Origin: Deltaproteobacteria bacterium
Lineage (GTDB): Bacteria > Desulfobacterota > Binatia > Binatales > Binataceae
Assembly: GCA_003135135.1 (NCBI GenBank)
Contig: PLDK01000030.1
Location: 2,006 to 66,005 of the forward strand
DNA length: 64,000 bases
Direction of reading: 5' to 3'
Shown piece after piece: positions 59,343 to 64,000 of the stretch; positions within the stretch are counted from its first letter, which is position 1; the number at the start of each line of letters is the position of its first letter. Under the pieces are notes generated by a model. That model saw only the letters and a list, made by a program, of their open reading frames with translations, did no database searches and was not told where the DNA came from. Position numbers and translations under genes: made by a program.

Positions 59343-60763
59343 CGGATCACCTCCGCAACTTCGCCCGGGTCGGGAGCATGGCGCAACTCTCCGCCGCTGA
59401 GTCCGCCGCCTCCATGCGGCAGCACGCCGGTCGGCACCAGCACGCCTTCGGTCATGTTGGCCGCGACCAGATAAGTTTTCGAGACCCGCTGCACGTCAGC
59501 CGCGGTCACCTTGTCGATTCCGTCCAGGTACTTGTCGACGAGATGGTAGTCGCCGAGCAGTTCGTACGTTCCGAGCAATTCGGCCTCGCGCATGATCGAG
59601 TCCTGCCCGAATACGTATTGGGCCTGCTCGAGATTCTTGGCTTTCTGCAATTCTTCTGCGCCGACGGGAGTATCGCGCAGCGCGGCGAGCTCCTTTTCGA
59701 CTTCGGCCTGGGTGTCCGCCGCCTTCATGCCGGGACGCATCTGCGCCGACACGATGAACAATCCCGGATCGAACGAGGTCATCTCATAGCCGGCGCCGAT
59801 ATCGATCACCATCTGCTTTTCGACGACCAGCTTCTTGTAGAGCCGCGAGCTCTGGCCGTCGCTCAGAATTTCAGAAGCCACTTCGAGCGCGTAACTGTCG
59901 GGGCTGGAAATATTCGGCACGTGATAGGCCTCTTCGAAGGCCGGAAGATTGGCCGCGTGCTGCAGTTCGACGCGCCGGGTTCCCTGTTGCGGCGGCTCGA
60001 GTTCCGTCACCGGCGGCGGCTTGGGACCGTTCTTGATTCCCGCGAACGCCTCGCTGATTTGCTTGAGCACCTGGTCGGCGTTGAAGTCGCCGACGGCCAC
60101 GATCAGCGCGTTTTGCGGCGAGTAATAAGTTTTCTGATACGCCATCGCGTCCGCCAGCGTCAGCCCGTCAACGTCGTGGAACCATCCGATCACCGGCCAG
60201 TGGTATGGATGCGCCAGGTACGCTTGTGCGCGGACCATCTCGTCGAGCGCGTCCTCGGGATTGTCATCGGTGCGCAGCCGCCGCTCTTCGAGCACGACGT
60301 GTTTCTCTTTGTCAAAATCTTTGGGCTCGAAGTTGGCCATCCGATCGGCTTCGAGCGTGATCGGCACGTCCAGGTGATCCTTGGTGATCTTCTCGAAATA
60401 GTCGGTGAAGTCCGTTTCCGTGAACGCGTTATCCATCCCGCCGTTTTGCTGGATGATCTGCGAGAACTCTTCGGGCCCCAGCTTCTTGGTGCCCTTGAAC
60501 ATCAGATGCTCGCACAGATGCGACAGTCCCGTCTTGCCCATCTTCTCGTTGCGCGAGCCGACGCGGTAGAAGACGCTGAGGATCGCCAGCGGAGCCTTGT
60601 GATTTTCCAGCACCAGCACTCTGAGCCCGTTGGGAAGAGTCTGCGCCTTGACCGCGTCCGCGATTCCCGCGCGCGCCGGCGCCGAAGCGGCCAGGCATAG
60701 AAGGGTACCGAGCGCCGCCATCGGAACGAGACGGCGATGATTGCCAAAGATCGTGATGAGCAT
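59339..60763 (-). CDS. M16B zinc peptidase, catalytic subunit
   Basis: HLCEHLMFKG (HxxEH), NAFT, LEADRM, EERR. Confidence 0.92.
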   Translation of the reverse strand: MLITIFGNHRRLVPMAALGTLLCLAASAPARAGIADAVKAQTLPNGLRVLVLENHKAPLAILSVFYRVGSRNEKMGKTGLSHLCEHLMFKGTKKLGPEEFSQIIQQNGGMDNAFTETDFTDYFEKITKDHLDVPITLEADRMANFEPKDFDKEKHVVLEERRLRTDDNPEDALDEMVRAQAYLAHPYHWPVIGWFHDVDGLTLADAMAYQKTYYSPQNALIVAVGDFNADQVLKQISEAFAGIKNGPKPPPVTELEPPQQGTRRVELQHAANLPAFEEAYHVPNISSPDSYALEVASEILSDGQSSRLYKKLVVEKQMVIDIGAGYEMTSFDPGLFIVSAQMRPGMKAADTQAEVEKELAALRDTPVGAEELQKAKNLEQAQYVFGQDSIMREAELLGTYELLGDYHLVDKYLDGIDKVTAADVQRVSKTYLVAANMTEGVLVPTGVLPHGGGGLSGGELRHAPDPGEVAEVIR

Positions 60764-60908
60764 AGCTTACGATCATCTAAGTCCGCCGCTCGCAAGCAAG
60801 TCAAGGAACCACTGTCGACGCCGCCGTCTTGCGCACCGCGCCGGCGATCAAGCCAAATTGCATCGATGTATCGCTCTTTGTAACAATGGTTAGATTAGTA
60901 TTGCGACG

Positions 60909-62990
60909 ATGCCTGAAATTGCCGAAAAAGCGCAGGACCTGTTCGAAATCAAGGGCGTCCTGACGAAGTTCATGCGGATGCTGTTTCCGCTTGAGTTCCG
61001 CATCGACTCGCTTGCCAACAGCGGCCCCATCCTGCCCTTTCACTATCCGCTCCTGCCCGGCGAAATGATCTATCTGCCCGAGCGGCTGGAACCCTTCGGC
61101 ACTCGCGGCGACGCCTACATCTACTATTTCGCCACCACCGCCCATCTGGCGGCGCGTCATGACTTCGGCACCTTCAAGCTCAAACTCGCGGACATCGCCG
61201 GCTTCGAAGAGCGCGGCGAGACCGGCGTCGAGGCCATCGACAGCTTCGTCGCGTCGTTCGACGACCCGGGCCTGGCCGGCGCTCTGATGCGGCTGGCGGA
61301 GTCGGCGCGAATCGACGCCGAACTGGCGCGTCGTTATCGCGGACTTGCACCGCGCATCGCGGGCCTCAATCGCTCTCTCCTGGATAGGCTTCATCCCGAG
61401 TCCTTGAGCACGATGCTGGTGCGCGCGGCGCTCGATCTCGAGCCTGCCGGCGAAGGGCCGGACTCCCCGCTGGTGTGGATGGCGGCGCGGCACTTCGCGC
61501 CCGTTCGTGAGCGCGGCGCCGACGTCATGACCAGCGTCCGCCAGGTCAGCTCCCTCTACAATTGGCTCCAGGAGCTGATTCGCGAGGCGCGCGAACGCGG
61601 CGAGGGCGATCCGCTCAGCGAAGAAGAAGCCGAGAGGATGCGCAACGACCTGATCAAGGGAATGAAGGGCTCGGAAACGCAGACCGCCGGCGAAGGCGAT
61701 GAGGGCGAGGATGGCGACGGCGGCGGCGAGCCCGATCAGAACGTTAAGATGGACGTCTCGGGCAAGCAATCCAAGGGCGGCAAGGGCAGGGCGCTCTCGC
61801 CCGAGGAATTGCGCAAGCTCATCGAGCAGGGCGCCGAGCTCAAACCGTCGCAAGGCGAGGGCAGCGCCGAAGGCGACGGCATGTACCTGACCCAACTGAC
61901 GGGCAAGCAGCTCAGCGAGCTCGAGCAGATGCGCGAGCAGCTCGGCGAGGTCGGCTCCGTCACCGGTCAGGGACGCTTGATGATCGGCCACGGCCGCCAG
62001 GATTCCTACTACGCCTACGACGAATGGGACTACGTGCTCAACGAGTACCGCCGCAACTGGTGCCGGCTGCGCGAAATTCCGCTGGTCGGCGACGAGGGCG
62101 ATTTTTTCGAGAACACGCTCGTTCGCTACGCCGAGATGCTGCCCGGCGTGCGGCGCAACTTCCAGCGCATCCGCCCTGCCTCGTACCGGATGGTCCGCGG
62201 ACTCGAGGACGGCGAGGAAATCGACATCGATCGCACCATCGAGGCTCGCGTCGCGCGTCTGATGGGCGAGACGCCCGACGGCCGCTTCTACAAGGCTCGC
62301 AAGAAAGAGGCGCGCGACGTCGCCACCCTCTTCCTGCTCGACATGTCGGCTTCGACCGACGAGCCCGTCCATCGCGAGCCGCGCAAGCCCACCGACGATG
62401 ACGACACCGACGACTGGATGAAGGCATGGCAGCGCCGCCCGCAAACCGCCAATCGTCCCCGCCGCATCATCGACGTGAACAAGGAAGCGCTGGTCATTAT
62501 GGCGCAAGCGCTCGAGGAAATCGGCGACTCGTACGCGATCATGGGTTTCTCGGGACACGGCCGCGACAACGTCGAGTTCTACGTGATCAAGGAATTCGAT
62601 CAGGAACTCACCGACGAGGTGAAAGCCCGCGTCGGCGCCGTCGAACCCAAGCGCTCAACCCGGATGGGCGCCGCGATTCGCCACGTGCGCGAGAAATTCA
62701 AGGACGTCTCCTCGCGCGCCAAGCACATGATCCTGCTCAGCGACGGCTTCCCGCAGGATTTCGACTACGGCCACGATCGCCGCTCGAACGCCTACGGCAT
62801 TCAGGACACGATGGTCGCGTTGAAGGAACTCGAGTTGGCAGGAGTGCTGCCGTTCTGCATCACGGTGGATAAAACCGGCCACGACTACTTGCGCCAGATG
62901 TGCCAATCGTCGCGCTACCTGGTGATAGAGGACATCGCCTCGCTGCCGCGCCAGTTGCCCAAGATTTACGAGCAAGTCATCCGCTGGTAA
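60909..62990 (+). CDS. NorD/CbbO-like VWA-domain protein
   Basis: YDEWDY, DGEEIDID, LLDMSAST MIDAS, TRMGAAIRH, LSDGFP, FCITVD. Confidence 0.85.
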   Translation: MPEIAEKAQDLFEIKGVLTKFMRMLFPLEFRIDSLANSGPILPFHYPLLPGEMIYLPERLEPFGTRGDAYIYYFATTAHLAARHDFGTFKLKLADIAGFEERGETGVEAIDSFVASFDDPGLAGALMRLAESARIDAELARRYRGLAPRIAGLNRSLLDRLHPESLSTMLVRAALDLEPAGEGPDSPLVWMAARHFAPVRERGADVMTSVRQVSSLYNWLQELIREARERGEGDPLSEEEAERMRNDLIKGMKGSETQTAGEGDEGEDGDGGGEPDQNVKMDVSGKQSKGGKGRALSPEELRKLIEQGAELKPSQGEGSAEGDGMYLTQLTGKQLSELEQMREQLGEVGSVTGQGRLMIGHGRQDSYYAYDEWDYVLNEYRRNWCRLREIPLVGDEGDFFENTLVRYAEMLPGVRRNFQRIRPASYRMVRGLEDGEEIDIDRTIEARVARLMGETPDGRFYKARKKEARDVATLFLLDMSASTDEPVHREPRKPTDDDDTDDWMKAWQRRPQTANRPRRIIDVNKEALVIMAQALEEIGDSYAIMGFSGHGRDNVEFYVIKEFDQELTDEVKARVGAVEPKRSTRMGAAIRHVREKFKDVSSRAKHMILLSDGFPQDFDYGHDRRSNAYGIQDTMVALKELELAGVLPFCITVDKTGHDYLRQMCQSSRYLVIEDIASLPRQLPKIYEQVIRW

Positions 62991-63074
62991 GCCCCGCCCT
63001 GTTTCCTCTCCCTGTAAGAGAGCTTTGCGTAACCGGATGTTGGTGCTGCAGCGATACGCGCTGGCGCGCTCTTT

Positions 63075-63316
63075 TTTTTGTGTCATTCTGAGCGAAGCGA
63101 AGAATCCCGAATCTTTCTCGGCGCAAAACACCCCGACTTCACTGAGGCCATGCGGAGCCGAGCTGCTCCGAATTCAATATGCAGTTACGCAAAGCTCTCT
63201 CTGTCAGCGAGGTGCCACGGGCACACGGCGGCCGGCCGCAACGCGGCCGGTAGGTGAGGGTGCAGGTTCTGCCGCCGCTTTGTTTTTGTGTCATCCTGAG
63301 CGCAGCGAAGGATCTC
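63075..63316 (+). repeat. two REP-like GTCATYCTGAGCG(A/C)AGCGAAG(A/G)ATC repeats
   Basis: Copies at about 63081-63106 and 63289-63314, both preceded by TTTTTG. Confidence 0.7.
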
Positions 63317-63402
63317 GCGCCCCAGCGCGCGCAGTTGTCGGGTAGCCGTCAAGCGCACTACTCTTACGGCGGAGAGCAAATCTCCAACGTCAAAGGGTGT
63401 TT

Positions 63403-64000
63403 ATGGGATTCTCTATCTCACCGGACGATCTCGTAAAGTACATACCGATTTTTCGGTCGCTTCCAGTTTGGTGGCAATTCGTGATCGTGGCGGGATCGAT
63501 AGCGGTTACGTCTGGGGTAATCGGCTGGCGGATTGCGCTGGGCCACTATCGCGAGCGACTCGAAACGCAGAAAGTCATCATCGACGATTATCGCGAGAAG
63601 TTAAAAGGGCAATCGCCCGCTGAAGCATCCCAACAGATACGACAATTGGAAGAGGCCGTCGCCAGTATGCGATGGCGAACTGTTACACCAGAACAGAAAA
63701 AACTGTTCCGCGAGGCGATTCCCTCCCATACGAGACTTGTAATTTGGGAAATTTCTTGCGTGGCCGCCGATGCCGAAGCCGAAAGCTATTTAAAGCAACT
63801 TCTTCATATATTTTACGATCCGTATGTGCCGAGACCAGCCTACAATTTTAACGCTTACCCTAGTTTGTCGCACTTAGAAAAGCGCGGGCTTCTCATAGTT
63901 GCAAGAAACACAGAATCACCAAACGTCCAAACTCTGACGCGCGCCCTCGGTGCCGCCAAAATTCCCTATTACCTTACGTCAGAAGGAATCGGCCCCAATG
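63403..64000 (+). CDS. membrane-anchored hypothetical protein, lower GC (runs off window end)
   Basis: Manual translation MGFSISPDD...WWQFVIVAGSIAVTSGVIGW... is open to 64000; many A/T-ending codons. Confidence 0.6.
   Translation, partial: MGFSISPDDLVKYIPIFRSLPVWWQFVIVAGSIAVTSGVIGWRIALGHYRERLETQKVIIDDYREKLKGQSPAEASQQIRQLEEAVASMRWRTVTPEQKKLFREAIPSHTRLVIWEISCVAADAEAESYLKQLLHIFYDPYVPRPAYNFNAYPSLSHLEKRGLLIVARNTESPNVQTLTRALGAAKIPYYLTSEGIGPN

Noticed and set aside
63075-63316. Possible CRISPR mini-array
   Set aside because: Only two copies about 208 bp apart and no cas genes

Overview
GC-rich bacterial chromosome window; gene content suggests a Deltaproteobacteria-like soil lineage such as Binatota (inference only). 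The left third (1.5-22 kb, minus strand) is an accessory redox locus. It starts with two CrtO/phytoene-dehydrogenase-like FAD enzymes, each paired with an SCP2 protein. A sigma54-type promoter with twin palindromes then precedes a 12-gene operon. The operon encodes one Fe-S beta subunit and two paralogous type II DMSO-reductase-family (EbdA/S25dA-like) alpha subunits with no Tat signal; no gamma subunit or TorD/NarJ chaperone is present. It also encodes three adenylate-forming-family proteins (two degenerate), a U32 protein, a CopD/HemJ-like membrane protein, MoaA, DUF1329, a NarM-like protein and a divergent MqnC/CofH-type radical SAM enzyme. This is the best candidate for an undescribed system. 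The rest is mostly housekeeping or scattered genes: queC, LLM oxidoreductases, RNase II-like, tRNA-Leu(TAA), Flp pilin, PPi-PFK, ldcA-mpl, mfd-surA-pdxA-uvrA, an M16 peptidase pair and a NorD-like VWA protein. Oddities include a PWWP-like protein, an AT-hook basic protein, a frameshifted GFA gene and a probable non-canonical start. No CRISPR array, rRNA, integrase or transposase was seen. All family calls are by motif recognition; no searches were run.
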